Source of the DNA: Zygnema circumcarinatum SAG 698-1b
Taxonomy: Eukaryota; Plantae; Zygnematophyceae
Direction: 5' to 3'
Length of the DNA: 64,000 nucleotides
Assembly (NCBI GenBank): GCA_037447605.1
Contig: CM074807.1
Span: forward strand, 806,001-870,000
The first letter of the stretch is position 1. Each line of letters starts with the position of its first letter. Shown here piece after piece: positions 36,163 to 49,637 of this stretch. The notes beneath the pieces are model-generated. The model had not been told where the DNA came from. It did not search any database and saw only the letters and a list, made by a program, of their open reading frames with translations. The translations under genes were made by a program, and so were the position numbers.

Positions 36163-38983
36163 GCTGCTGCTCCTATCTCTCCGTCTCCCTCTCCCTCGTT
36201 TCTCTCCAATCCCTATCTCGTTCTCCACTCTAGCTCTCTCTCCCTACCTTTTTTCCCCTCTCCTCTCCCTCTCCTTCCTATCCGTTGACTTCTCTCTTCC
36301 ACTGCCTCCCTCTCCCTTTTCCTCCTCTACCTTCGACCTCTATTCCCGCTCTCCTTCCCCCTCTCCCACTCCGCCTCCCTCTCCCTATACCTCTCCCTCT
36401 TCCTCGACCTCCCAATATTACCTCTCCTTCTCCCTCCCTCTCCTCCCTCCCCCTCTCCCTCTCTCTCCTCTCCCTCTCCCTCTCCCTCTCCCTCTCCCTC
36501 CTCCACTCCCTCGCCCTCCCTCTCAACCTCTCCCCCCTTCTCCCTCTCTCCCTCTCCCCTACCCCGCCGCCTCGCATGCCCCCCAAGCCCCAGCCTCCCC
36601 CCATCCATCATCCCATGCTCCAGCGGCAGCATCCCCCCCATTAACATCGCCGGCCCCGCACATGTGACGCCGCTCGCTGATTGGCCGAACTCCTGTAAGG
36701 CGGCACGCGGGAGGTCCTCCTCCGCAAGCCACGTGGCAAAATATCTGTATGGCAACTGCAAAGTGCAGATCAAACGCAGTTTCATGCGGCCGTTAAGCGT
36801 TTCCGGAAATGCTCTCGGGCAGGAACGAAATGTTTATTGTCGTTATACAGCCAATCGAACGACGCGATTAGGGCTGCCCTGTTGAGAAAAAGGTCAGGGG
36901 GGCTCGCGCGGGCAAAAGCGCCGAGGGTAAAGGGCGGCCCCGTGTCGGCGTGTGCGGACAAAATGTCGGCAGGCGGCGGCCCACGTGAAGGCCGCTCCGG
37001 CCTCATCATGCGTCAAAATCGCAAGGTACGATACGATACGATATTATAGGATACGGTACGATACTTAAGCCAATGGTTGGCTGGTCAATTGCAATTTACC
37101 ATTGGCAAACCGGCTGGTTTGACCCGAATTTTCTCCCTTCCAGCCAATGGCGCCAATGCTTTTCCAAACAGTTTCCATGTGCTCCTAACTTGGAAATGTC
37201 GAAAATGCCAGCGCCGTTTCCAGTACAGTACTTCAACTGCGTATCAGGCAGGGCCGAAGCGAAGCCAGTTCGTGTCACTTCGGATGACACGTGTCATCTG
37301 CGATAAACAAGTCAGCGCCCCCCAATAATTTGCGTGGAGGTCGCAAGGCGTCGAGACGGATCCTGATTGTCCACGTGGCGGCGGCCGATTGGTCGTAATC
37401 TTTATCTCCGGGTCCACGTCGGTGCCACGTTGGCCTAGAGCGCGCCAACTTGGCGCCCGGAAACGCGGCGCACGCGACGGCGACCCTCGACTCGGCGATT
37501 CGCTCCGCCTTCCGCGGAGCCAATCAGGCGCCGCCCTGCCCTGCCCTGCCCTGGCCCGTCCGTCCGTCTCCCCGGGATGGCAGGTTGTACGGAAATTTCT
37601 AATATATATGTGGCATTGACCTCACGATGAGAACGAGAAAAAGAGAAAAAGTTGGCGATGATGCATACCATCAAATGTGCATGCACAAAATCAGCATGAG
37701 GAAACCACGAGGAGAAACTGGTCGCCAAGGACCTGGACCCCGTGACCATGGGACCGACCGGGACCGGAGGGCAGTCCGAGATGCCTTTCCGAGGACCGCC
37801 CGCCAAACGGGCGCTGCCACATAGAACCCATCAGAAACCCTCCCGTTCCATGAAGCACCTACCGTCAAAGTCTGGCGACCGATTTCCTCGCCATGCAGCC
37901 GTACCCGTATGGTACGGTTAGGCCCAGTCCAAGGCCCGTTCGGCGCGCAGCCGTTGGCGTGGCTGTACGAACGAACGGATTTGCGCAGAGCGAGATCGGA
38001 CATCCCTCCGGTCGCGGCAACAATTTGAGAGCTGCAGAGCATACTCCAATCGCGGCTGGCCACGTGTATAATTTGCTTACGTGGCGAATCACAATTGGTG
38101 GATACTGGGCGCCTTACTTGTCACGTGACAGGATCCGATTCGTCCGATCTTGCCTTCAAGCAATGATCGACGGCCGGGCGGGCGGGCGGGCGGAAGCAGT
38201 CCAGTTTTTTCAGTCTCTCCGAGTCCTTAGAACCGTCCCTGCGAGTGAGTAGTGTACGGTCGAGGTCCAAACTTGTCCTTGTGGTTCTCGAAGAGCCATG
38301 TTCAACAAAGTTCAAACTTTCAACAAGTTTTTTCATGCCGGACAAGCCCTAGTGGATTGCGACGCGCTGAAAAACGACAAACGCAGGTAGTAATTGTGGT
38401 CGGTGGACCCGACTCGCCGTCCGATTGGTCCGAGGAGTTCAAGTCTACGGACGCGATTCGACGATCTTGGATAAGACAAGATCGGATACGACGGTATCAG
38501 ATACTGTCAATTGTATTCGATTATGTCGGTGGAAATTGAGCAATCTGATTGGCTACCCGCTCTAACTTGGTGCCCAGCCAGCCTGGCTGCCGCATGCGCT
38601 ACAGAACTGTACAAAGATGTGCGGATTATCTGTCCACGTAGACTATTTTGTCTTTTTGGGGCTTATTTGGTTATATTAACTTTTTTGTCACTTACTCGGC
38701 TGCCGCTTGTAGCCGCTGAGCCAATCAGGAGCCGCCGTCGATCCCGACAGTTTTCAATTCTCTATTTCTTGTTTGACCGTACAGCAGGTCTCACGCGAAT
38801 GGGCCGAACATTTTGTCGTTTAATGAATGGGGTCGCCGTTTCGCCGCCCTCTTTTTCCTTTTTTTATTTCGAAAAGGACAGAGTCATCGCCAGGCATCTT
38901 AAAAAAGGGATTTTTTGACGAAAATTCCCGTAAATAAAGAAAAGAATGCTCGGAATATCCCTAAAATAAAACCGCCCCTTCAA

Positions 38984-39565
38984 TAGGGCGTGTCAGACTT
39001 AACAAAATGATACGAATATCGAGTTTTTAGTATTACGAGAATCGAGGTTACTAAGTACTAAAAATCATCGCGCCCCCGAACCTAAACCGAACCGAACGGA
39101 AGTCAACTGTACTAAGTCAACGGGTCAACGTTGCGAAGATTGACCCGTAGGGTTTACTGAAATTGCATTTCTTCGCACGATTTTGTTCGCACCCAAAAGA
39201 GGCGCCGAAATGGACGTGCGAAGAAAATACTGGCGAGAATCGCGTCAACGTGACGTCATGGTTTGTTTTCCCGGCTTCCCACCCCCGCCCGCGCCCGCCC
39301 GTGACGCGCAACACGACACAACGACAAGCGGCCTCCGCGCGCCGCGCCGGCGCTGTTTCTAAGTCTGAGGGCCCCGCACGAGGGCGAAGTTGCGAAGACG
39401 GCGTTTGGAGAAGTGCGAAGACGGCGATCGCGGAGTGCGAACAGGACCGCGCCGCGAGTGCGAAAAACTAGGCTCGGGAATTTTAGTTTTACTGACGTTG
39501 ACTCGAAATGTTACGAATATCGAGTTTTTAGTATTACGAGAATTTTTTAAGTCTGACACGCCCTA
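38984..39565. mobile_element. MITE (~580 bp) with 19-bp TIRs and TA ends
   Basis: TIRs are tagggcgtgtcagacttaa (38984-39002) and ttaagtctgacacgcccta (39547-39565). A 32-bp direct repeat lies inside each end (39011-39042 and 39512-39543). Confidence 0.85.
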
Positions 39566-40031
39566 ATATGGAGAAAAAACAAAAAACCCTAAATGAGGCC
39601 TCCCAGTCGTACGGATGGAACGAAATAATGTCCGCCTGCCTGCCTGCCCCGGTGTTTGGGTTTGTCGTTTCTGCCTCCTTGTTGGGCGAGAAAGTAAAAG
39701 GTCGGCGCCTAGAGCACACACGGCTCATGTCTCTCAAGTTCTTGTTGCGCATCTGCGCGAGGTAGTAGCAGAGGCGGAGGTCGAAGACAAAGGCACTCGG
39801 AAGAAGAGGGGGTTCATAACTATTGAAAACACTTCGTCATTTTGGCGAAAATGTAGGGAGAGCAGCGTAGGGGTTTGGGTGAGGAAGTTTGGAGGAAAGA
39901 GAGTGTTGCATGGTCAATTCATGAGATATTGGACCAGTGAGCTTTGTTTAGCTTGCGGCTGTGGACACCACGAGGGAAGGCTGCTGCACTTTGTGTTGAA
40001 GTTCCACAATGGCTATGATGCCATAAAATGT

Positions 40032-40103
40032 ATGGCATGGCATGGCATGGCATGGCATGGCATGGCATGGCATGGCATGGCATGGCATGGCATGGCATGG
40101 CAT
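40032..40103. repeat. (GCATG)n pentanucleotide microsatellite, ~14 units
   Basis: Directly visible. Confidence 0.95.
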
Positions 40104-40385
40104 GCGTACATGCACAACATCAGCTTGGGGAACCACGAGGGACTGGTCTGACACGTTACGGAACGCCAATTTTGTCGTACTCGCGCAAGCCACCCGCCCC
40201 GCCTTCGGACCCGTGACAGTACGGCCGGCCGGTCAGGACCGGTATTATTTTGCACCGGCAATTCTCGTCTTTTTACGCAACCGCCGACATTGTCGTATCC
40301 ACCTCCAAATCCGCCCACTGGCGACCGACACTGTACGGACATTCCCCAACTTCCTGCCAACTGCCCGCTTGTCGGTTTTTGTTTT

Positions 40386-41114
40386 GGGGGCGACTATTTA
40401 CAGTGTACGTTTTCTGAATGTAGTGTACGTTTTCGGGGGGCAGCAAAAAAATCCTTTTTGTGGCTGCCCGGCGCTGTTTCATACTTTTCAGAATAGATAC
40501 AGACCTTTTTTCGTCGGATGTACGGATAGTGATTTGAAATGTACGAAGCGCGCGCGTCTACAAGGTATACGGGCGCAACACGTGGAGCGACATGATTGGT
40601 CGCGGCAACATATGACGTGACAAGTATGTTTGGGACCGTGACGTGACGAAACGAGACGCGACAAAAGTGGAGTCCGCGGACGGCAGTCGGAAATGGCGGG
40701 GATTAAAAACTGACAGAAAAAGATAGGGCACATAACGTAGCGTGTTTCAGGAAAAATCTGTCAGTTTTTTTCCCGCCATTTCCGACTGCCGTCCGCGGAC
40801 TCCACTTTTGTCGCGTCTCGTTTCGTCACGTCACGGTCCCAAACATACTTGTCACGTCATATGTTGCCGCGACCAATCATGTCGCTCCACAGCGTGCACC
40901 TACGGCATAAGCCACCGCAACTAGCGCCCTTATACCTTGTAGACGCGCAGGCTTCGTACATTTCAAATCACTATCCGTACATCCGACGAAAAAAGGTCTG
41001 TATCTATTCTGAAAAGTATGAAACAGCGCCGGGCAGCCACAAAAAGGATTTTTTTGCTGCCCCCCGAAAACGTACACTACATTCAGAAAACGTACACTGT
41101 AAATAGTCGCCCCC
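40386..41114. mobile_element. Foldback/MULE-like non-autonomous element: ~330-360-bp inverted arms, ~40-bp spacer, 8-bp TSD
   Basis: Left arm gggggcgactatttac...aaaaactgacaga (40386-~40714) is the reverse complement of the right arm tctgtcagttttt...gtaaatagtcgccccc (~40757-41114). tttgtttt flanks both ends. Confidence 0.9.
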
Positions 41115-42053
41115 TTTGTTTTTTGTCATTTTGCTGTTTCCGCAAAACCTCGCCACGTGTTGACTTCTCACTGGCGGCGAGTCAGTAAAGTTGTACGAAA
41201 GATCGCATTTCTTTGGCCGCCGGATTCGATTCCATGAAAGGCAGTTGGACGGAGCTGCAAACGACATTTCCGTTACATGGAACACCCGCCCTGGCGGGCC
41301 CCCTGACACCCGGCCCTACGGACCCGTCCGCGCCCGCGCTCGCGGGCTGACGCGTGGCACCCGGCGAGCGGGCGGCCGCCTCTCAACTGCTCCCTCTCCC
41401 TCTCCGGCTTCCTCTCCCTCCCCCACTTTCTCTCATTCTCCCTCTCTCCCTCCCTCTACCTCTCTCTCCCTCTCCCCCCCTCTCTCTCTCTCCCTCTCTC
41501 TCTCCCCCTCTCTCTCTCTCGCTCTCTCTCCCTCTCTCCCTCTCTCCCTTTCTCTCTCCCCCTCGCTCTCTCTCTCTCTCTTTCCTCGGCCTCTCTCCCT
41601 TTCCCCTCTCTCCCCACTGCAGGAAAGGGAAGGCGCGCGATACATCGCCCAGTGTTTGCAGATTTCGCTTCGGGAACCCTAATTTCTTGGACCCTAGCAT
41701 GGATTCTCGGCTCCTGGCGTGGAAGGAAGCTCCTCGCGCGGTGGACCTGTGAATGCTGATCTGTAGAAAAGGGCTCTGAACCCTCCGCCGCTCCTCCTTC
41801 CGCCATGGCAGAGCGCCGGTGGCTCACACTTAGCGGGGGACCGGTTTGGGCTCAGTGCGAGCCTGAAAGCTTGAATGAGAAAGTGCTCCGCTATCTGAAC
41901 ACGGGCCAAGACGCGCTTTCGGGCGTGAAGCCTCTCCGACACCGCCAGAAGCTCCGCAATGGCGGGAGCAGCCGCAGTGTGCGGGGGGAGAGGCAGAGGG
42001 AGGGGAGGGAGAGGGAGAGCGAAAGAGGGAGAGAGGCACAGAGAACGGAGGCG

Positions 42054-43712
42054 ATGGATGGAGGGAGGGAGCTGGAAGTTCCTACTCTCGACGATCCCAA
42101 TTGGGAGGATCAGTTGGAAGCGAGCAGCACGACAGATGTCGCCATTACAACTCCTTCAAAGCGTCCGGCTGTTCATAGAAGCCCGAACCCTAAAGTGTTG
42201 GTGCAGGCGATGCTGGAGGAGGAGAGGTCTCTGAAGGAGGCGCATTACGGGCGGCCGAGAGGAATATATTCTGCAGGAGGGTCATCTTCGGCTTCTGGAT
42301 CAAGTAAGCTTTTGGGAGATTTTGAAGCTCTCAATATCAGAGCAGATCTTCAGAATAGTTTACCCGTTCAGCAGCAATATACGCCGCAGCCGCAGTCTCC
42401 AGTGTCCCCGGGAGATGTCCGCTTTTCGTGGGATTTTAGCGATGGAGGAGAGCATGGAGGTATGAAAGGGGGTGCAGGAGCAGTCTTGGAGCTGAGGAGG
42501 AGCAGGGATTCAGTGATGAGGATGGTAGTGGACGGTAGTGAGAGAGAGGGAGAGAACGTTGGATCGACGTTTGGAGATTCAGAGGAGGAGACGAGACAGA
42601 AAAATGAGTCTCTCTCTGCGTTCGGAATGTGGACGAGTGGAAACAAGCGGCAGGCAGCACAGGCGCAGATTCGAACTCCCGAACGGAACTGCAAAAGTAG
42701 CTGCCAACAGAATGTGGAGGAGCCCAAGGAAGCGTGGGAGCATATGTTAAGTAACAGGGAGCCGGCTCCTTATAGGGCGGCTTCTCGCCCTTCTGCAGTA
42801 GAGAGAAGAACTGGGGTTTTAGGGTTTGGAAGTTTGGGACACGAAGAACAGCAAATCCTTCCTCCGCAGAGGCTTTTTACTCGGAATCGAGGGGCGGGTG
42901 ATCCTGTAATGGAGGCACTTGTAGGGCAGCTGGTGAATGCTAAGGATGCAGTTTCCTGTGGGAGTGTGGCAGAGAGAGTGCTTCTCTTTCAAGCTTCCGC
43001 TCTCACGCAGCAGTTTGCAGCTCTCGCAGACGGGGCTATGGGGAGCAGCCATGGATTTGAGCTGCTGAACTTGAGTGGGCTGTTCGTTCAAAGGGAGATG
43101 TCGTTACTGAAGGCACTGGACAAGCTGAGAGTTGCCTTTCCCCATCTGCTGCCTGTTTCTGGGCAGAGTGGGGAAGAGTTATCCGCTATGCTTGTTGATA
43201 CTCCTATTCGAGTGGCTTGCATAGGACAAGGTCCTGGATGTCTCGGACTTGGTCTCCTTCTCCTGTTTGCGTGGATTTCTCCGCAGAGTGAAGTGGAGAT
43301 GAACTGTTTCGGAGGAGGAGAGGGGTGGCAGGGAGTGGCTGATGCTGTCTCTCTCGCAGGAATTAAGAAGTTTTCCGACTTGGAATTGTTTGACATCATG
43401 TCGGAAGAAGGGGCACTGAAGGGATACTCCGTGGTGGTGATCAGTTTTGTCGTCGTGCGAGCCATGAAGGGGAGGAAGCCCAACGATTGGGCTCTCTTCT
43501 GGAGAGATCTGCATGGGTGCACAGATAGCTCAGTGGTAGTGGTGTTCTGTGATGACTTTAAACAAACAAACACACATGACTTTATGCCGCCGCAGTACGT
43601 GCAGTCGACGGATTGGGAGTGCGCTGTGTTTGAAGCTTCAGAGGGGCAGAGGACGGAGGAGCAGCACTCGTTCTATGTAGCATGGAAACCGGAGATTCCG
43701 ATGGAGCAATAG
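42054..43712 (+). CDS. Intronless protein with a disordered N-terminal half and a C-terminal class I SAM-methyltransferase-like fold
   Basis: ORF 41805-43712 is open; the first convincing ATG is at 42054. IRVACIGQGPG resembles motif I, followed by alternating beta/alpha hydrophobic segments (YSVVVISFVV, SVVVVFCDD). Confidence 0.6.
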   Translation: MDGGRELEVPTLDDPNWEDQLEASSTTDVAITTPSKRPAVHRSPNPKVLVQAMLEEERSLKEAHYGRPRGIYSAGGSSSASGSSKLLGDFEALNIRADLQNSLPVQQQYTPQPQSPVSPGDVRFSWDFSDGGEHGGMKGGAGAVLELRRSRDSVMRMVVDGSEREGENVGSTFGDSEEETRQKNESLSAFGMWTSGNKRQAAQAQIRTPERNCKSSCQQNVEEPKEAWEHMLSNREPAPYRAASRPSAVERRTGVLGFGSLGHEEQQILPPQRLFTRNRGAGDPVMEALVGQLVNAKDAVSCGSVAERVLLFQASALTQQFAALADGAMGSSHGFELLNLSGLFVQREMSLLKALDKLRVAFPHLLPVSGQSGEELSAMLVDTPIRVACIGQGPGCLGLGLLLLFAWISPQSEVEMNCFGGGEGWQGVADAVSLAGIKKFSDLELFDIMSEEGALKGYSVVVISFVVVRAMKGRKPNDWALFWRDLHGCTDSSVVVVFCDDFKQTNTHDFMPPQYVQSTDWECAVFEASEGQRTEEQHSFYVAWKPEIPMEQ

Positions 43713-44867
43713 CTGTAAATCAGGTCCACTAACTGTAGCAGAACGCATAGAACCGGCTGCAAGCGGCTGCAGGCGAATCGGGGCTGCGGAGAGGGGAATG
43801 TACTGGGGAGTGTTTTGGGGGGGGGGGGGGGGGGGANNNNNNNNNNGGGGGGGGGGGGGGGGGTGAAGGAGCAGTATATTGTAATTTATATGAGTAGCAG
43901 GCAGACAGGCAGGCAGACAGGGCTCATGGAATCTCAGAAGGCAGCGAGCTTAAAGCAAGCAATAGTGTGAGGGCCATGTGTTGGATTTCGGGATAATGTG
44001 TTCTTGGGTGGGAGAGGGGCGGGAGAGAGGGCGGGAGAGTGGGCGGGAGAGTGGGCGGGAGAGTGGGGGAGAGGGAGAAAGACAGGATAGGGCCGAACAT
44101 TTTTCGGGTGTAACTTCATAGGGTGCAGAGCCTGCATGTTAGGAAATTTGGTCACGCTTTGGAGCGGTGTACTTTGAGCGGCAGTAGGAGGAGGAGCTTT
44201 CCGGCTTTGACCTTCTCACAACGGAGTGGCGAGAGGGAGAGGGGGAGGCAGAGAGAGAGGCGTGACGTGACACCCCCCCTCCCCTCCAACCCTTTCGAAA
44301 GAGCAGCAATCGGGGAACTATGTACATTGTTGATTTTTGAAGTTCAGGGTTCAGAGTGCAGGGTTAAGTGTTCAGGGTTCAGCTAAGCACAGCTGGAGCG
44401 CTGGTCGCCTGTTTTTCGAGTGCAGGAGACTGTTTTTTTGGCAGAACGGAACGTTTTGTGATAGGGAGGGTTCAGGGGGGCAGCGGTAGGAGGAGGGGAG
44501 AGGAGGATGTCATCTGCGCAACGAGAACAAAAAGAAAAAAAAAATATTGTTTTTGGACCAGGGCAGCGCTTGGATGTTGGTGATGGTGATGGTGGTGATG
44601 CTGGCGGTGATGGTTGGGCGGGTGGTTGAGGTTTAGGGTTCAGCAGGGCTCTGAAACTCCTCAGGCTGCAGGGGAGTCGGTTCCTTGTCTGAAGCGTTTT
44701 TCCTTGAGATGTGATTTATTATTGGATTGTGGCTCGTATGTTTCTAGAGTTCAGGGTTTATCGCTGGGCGATGGGGCTCATGGCAAGGAGGCTAAGGGAC
44801 ATGCTCTGTCTCTTCTGGCGTCTGTGCATGTACCTGCCATGATGTCCATGCAAGCCAATGGATGGTC

Positions 44868-44975
44868 ATACCATGTCATGCCATTCCATGCCATGTCATG
44901 CCATTCCACGCCATGTCATGACGCTATTCCACGCCATGTCATGCCATTCCATGCCATGTCATGCCATTCCACGCT
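44868..44975. repeat. 20-bp minisatellite CCATGTCATGCCATTCCATG, ~5 copies
   Basis: Directly visible tandem copies. Confidence 0.85.
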
Positions 44976-46904
44976 ATGCTTCTCCATCAGAAGATGTTCC
45001 AGGATGTCCATAGGAACTAAACTTTCAAAAAGCGACAATGATGACTGAGGCCTGTTACGTGTTTGGAATCAGTTGAACGATATAGCCATCACATCGGTAG
45101 TTCCTGTGCAGATCCAGCTCAGAAATGTGTCGTGCGCGCGAGGAGTTCAATAGGCCATGAACTTCTCAGCATGAAAGAACGGGCTCAAAGCTGCTCTCAG
45201 AGCCCCCTTCATCTGCTGACGCTATGCAGAAGCCTCTACTGTTTATAAGCTCGTCAGGTTATGGGGGATTTTAGATTTAAGAACGAAGTCCTCAAACTAA
45301 GGATGACTAGCGATGATTAGGGTTGACTAGGGTTCGTACTTGAACGCGATTACAGCATCTCCTTCAACACTTCCGCCTTAAGTTGGCAACTTTCAAGCCT
45401 TTTTTCCTGGCTGAATGGAATGAGTTCCACCTCTGCTTTCTAAGCCGAGAGCAGGGGCCCTTTGTTCGCCCTTGCTGGATTGGATGGCATGGACTGCCAC
45501 GATTGAGGCCTCATCCTCGTTTTCCCACCAATGGATCTTGACGCAGAGCACGTGTTTGTTTCCCTGAAAACCATTCCTGCAAATGATTAAATCAGAAAAC
45601 CCTAAAACTGTATAGGTTTTATTTGACATAAACACCCTGCGATGTTCAGAGCCCTTTGAAGGCCCAATGCAAATGAATGCAATTTGTGAGGGTGCTTTGC
45701 AATGAGCGGCATCTCTTTTTTGCCTTTTTGGCCTGCACCAGTTTCTGGAGTGGTTAGACAGGGACAACGAGATTCCATACACACCTTCCAAAAGTAAAGC
45801 GAGGATTGGCTGAGTTGATCCGCTCGAATACACGAAAGAGCCGATGGTCCGCCATTGTCCTGATCCAGTACAAATTCTTTGAGTCAATTACCAGTGCGCC
45901 GAAGTCAACTTCATCGTGGGGTGTACAAAATCACGAGCATAATAAAAACCATAATAATAATATAACCATAAAATAAAGGTTAACCATGATATAAAGGTTT
46001 GGGCTTGATCTGCATGTACCGTAATCTTGCATTGAGAGTTTAGGGTCCTGAAGAACAGCAGGTAAGAAAGAGAAAAGAGACGATTGGGATGTTGTTTATT
46101 TAGAGAGTTCCAAGTTAATCAAGAACAAATTCACTGTCGGAAGGTCAAGTAGCATACCTTGACGTCATCGCCACGTGCTCGTAGAAGAAGACGAAGCGCT
46201 TCAGATTGGGAAGACTCATCCCTCCGCCTCATACGATCATATCCCCAACAACATTTTAACCCAAAAAGGAGAAGGAAACCAGCAGAAAACTAAACACGTC
46301 AGTGCGTGAACATGCGATGAATGGAAGCCCCAGATGCTGCTCTGAAAACCATTTTCGTTCTTCAAGAATGTTAGGCTTGAAAGCTTTCTGTAAAGCAAAA
46401 CAAAGCAGATTCAGAAGGTCTCTGTGGAATGAGGACTGCTCTAACGATCCAGTTACCAACCTTTGCAGGAGATAGTTGTTCAGTTCTCCGTTGAGGAGCA
46501 GCTCCTTGCTGGAAGCATACGAGCTAAGAAGGAGCACAAGCTAACAGAGAAAGGAACGCATCAGTTTCTTTCTGAAGTTTCTGAAGTTCTGAAGTTGGAT
46601 ATTCAAGCATTACAATTGTAGGATTCGTCTTCCAGCCTCTTAGCAAGAAAGCTCTAAACCTCCAAAAAACCATGGCAAGAAACGTCTGAAGTTACCAATA
46701 GCACAAGATAACTGTGATATTGTCTTCTTTATGGACCATAATTATTTTACAAATCAATGCAACAGAATGGGACTCACCTTCAGCGTCGGAGCAGAAAACG
46801 TGGTAAGTCAGCGGTAGAGACAGCCAACGACTCGCCATCCTTACGCTGTCACGGCGTTGCATTGCAAAGAGTATGGGCAGCAGGATTGCTTCTTGCTGCA
46901 ATTA

Positions 46905-49637
46905 TTATCTGATGGAGGACTTCCTGAAGAGGCTGCTCCTCTTCATGTCCTTCCCATTCCTTCTGCTCTTGGAAGAGCCGTCAAATATCTTCCAGAAACG
47001 CAGTGTTTCATCATCACCTGCTGACACCACAGTGCATCCATCGGGGCTAGCAGCAAGGTAGCCTGCTCGGGACGAGTGTGCTTTCAGCTCTGCAGTCCGA
47101 GTTAGAGTGGGATACTTCCACAAGCAGAGCTGAGCAGTAGCTGTATGGCCATGTGAACTCAGAATCTCCTTGTCACTTTGGCTCCACTGTAGAGCACAAA
47201 CCTGGAACCTCCCCAGAGAAAAGGAGCGGATTATAGTCAGAAAAGCTGCCTGGATTCTGAACGAGAGTGAAAGTTCTACAAAAGGTAAATGCCTCTTCTA
47301 CCCATTCATGTCACGAATACATTATGACTGAAAGTGCACTCCGCTTTCAGGACATAATCCTCCAATACATTCCAAGGCTGCTTACTTGTGAATGAGTCTC
47401 AACAGCGTTGAGACATGCCCCCGTATATGTATTCCAGAACCTAATAGACCGGTCGGAGCTGCCTGCCCCAGAGGCAAGCAAGTTGCTCTGGAAGGGGCAC
47501 CAAGCGAGCGCTTTGACAGCTGCAGTGTGCCTTGTGATTCTGTGAAGGTAATTAGCTGAGCCAGGACGACTAGAGGAAGTTGATGTTGCATTCCATATGT
47601 GGAGCAGGTTGTCATTTCCTCCACTGGCTAGCTGCTGCCCAGACGGAGACCACTTCAGACTGCAAACTTCATCTCGATGACTTGTAAGGCGAGAGGTGAT
47701 ATGCTCTCTGATACGAATATCATGGTTGATTATTGTGCTGTCACGGCTTCCAGACGTTAAGGTTGTACCTCTCCAAGCCAGACTGCCCACTCGCCCTGTG
47801 TGGCCGGACAGAGTCCGGACCTGCATAGCCACAGTTGTACCCCATCACTTTGTCTTCCTCTTCGTATTCTACTTCCCTTCTCATCTGTAATTGGGCATTG
47901 AAAAAACTGATCACTCTCCAGAAACTTGAACCAACGTTCGACTATTTCCGGTCCGCATGAGCTGAGTGATTTGTTAAACTGTCATCGACTAAATGAATAC
48001 AAATAAGAAAAATTGCTTGGAAGCTTGACAGACCTTGGCGAATTGCGACAAAAGAGTGTTGGAGAAGAGAAGCAAAAGAAGGTATCCTACCTTGCGGACT
48101 CTAACAGCGTCCCAAATGTGGATGTCATTATTGGATAACCCGATGGCAATATGCTTCTCATCTGGCGCCCACGAAATGCTTGTCACTTCACTATCGTCGG
48201 GGGCGTCCATTAGCTGCATGGTGGAATTGTCTGTAGCATTCAACATGTAGACAGAGGGCCCAAGAGCTACTGCAAGAACATCCCTGGTATTCCAATCGAG
48301 CAGATTTAAGTAGTAGTCATCCAGAAGCCCCGGGGCGTCTAAGGTCTTCTCCTCCGTCTGCAAAGGAAAGCACCAACGGCGAAAGAGATTTCATAGCTTC
48401 AGCATTAGATATGTTGATTCTCAAAAGATTGAATGAAGCAGAATAACCTTCGACAGAACCTGTGGCCGAGCAAGGATTTGACCTGTTACAGAGATCAGAA
48501 AAGAGCAACATAGCGCTTCTGGGCGGGTCCTTACTTGAGAAATCTGCCGATTAGTGCTGCTGGAAGGTCCGTTGTAGAAATTGGAAGGCGAAGGTCTTTT
48601 ATCAAAAAATGATTCAGCAGCAGGAGATGGCTTCTCTTTGAAAGCCAGAATTCTGCGGCTTTCGTTGTCGCTGTTGCTACGGGAAAGGAGGCTGCCTGCC
48701 AACTGTCGTTGATAATTCTCCTGAATCAGGCCGATTGCAACAACAAAAATGGCATACTAGTAGTCAAAACGAAACTCACGTCCTGCACTTAGAGAAAAGT
48801 TTTACGGATTCAGATCAATCCATAAGCACATAAACTGGTCTAGTTCTATCTCTCTCTCTCTCTGTCTGTCTCTCTCTCACTCCGACTCTCTCTCCCCCCC
48901 CCCCCTCCCTCTCTCCCCCTCCCTTCACCCCCCACTCTTCCCCTTCCTCTCGCTTTCTGTCATGTAGAACGATCGACGAGGCATTCTTCCTTGGAATGAA
49001 CTTAGACATGCATGTGGGGGAACCAGCCATACCTTAAATTGAGAAGGGGTGCCAGCTGGCTTATCCGGGGAAGCCCGGCTTGCCAAGCTGAACAGCGCCA
49101 GATCTGTGTCTGTGCATCCACGATGCGGAATAAATCGGTCTCCCTGCAATAGTACCATGCAGACAATACTTTCACACCTATCAGCGATTCAGACTACACC
49201 TCAGATACCTAAGGTTTTGCCCCTTCCTGCCTGTATCAACACACACATTTGACTGCGTTTTTATTCACAGTTATCCCCTACATCATTTGAATCTCTGTTT
49301 AACAAAAAAAAAAGTCACTAGATTTTAAATCCGTCGAGTCCTTCGCAAAAGAACGTCCATCAAGCTACCCTCTATTTCGATACCGGCTGAAATGCAACTA
49401 CGAAAGAATATCTTCTCAGGAATGGTGGGTCAAGGCTTAGCATTTCGCCGCTTTAGCTGGCACCCACGTTATCAAAACTCTCACCTGTGGAGTCCTCCGC
49501 ATGCGTGAAAACTTCTGTGCGGATCTCGGTGGCGTCACAAATTTTTGCGGGGAGGGCCTGTCTCTGAAATTGTCTCTTTCATTCAAGAGGAACTTTCGAG
49601 GCGTCAATTTGTCCCCTATGGACGCCATGCTCATCAT
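46905..49637 (-). CDS. CDC20: Cell division cycle 20 (APC/C activator), 6 exons
   Basis: C-box DRFIP, RILAFK motif, WD40 repeats ([58 protein letters not shown]) and a C-terminal IR tail. Confidence 0.92.

Noticed and set aside
36640-38900. A single large transposon spanning this G-box/CCAAT-rich intergenic region
   Set aside because: No matching termini or transposase ORF was found.
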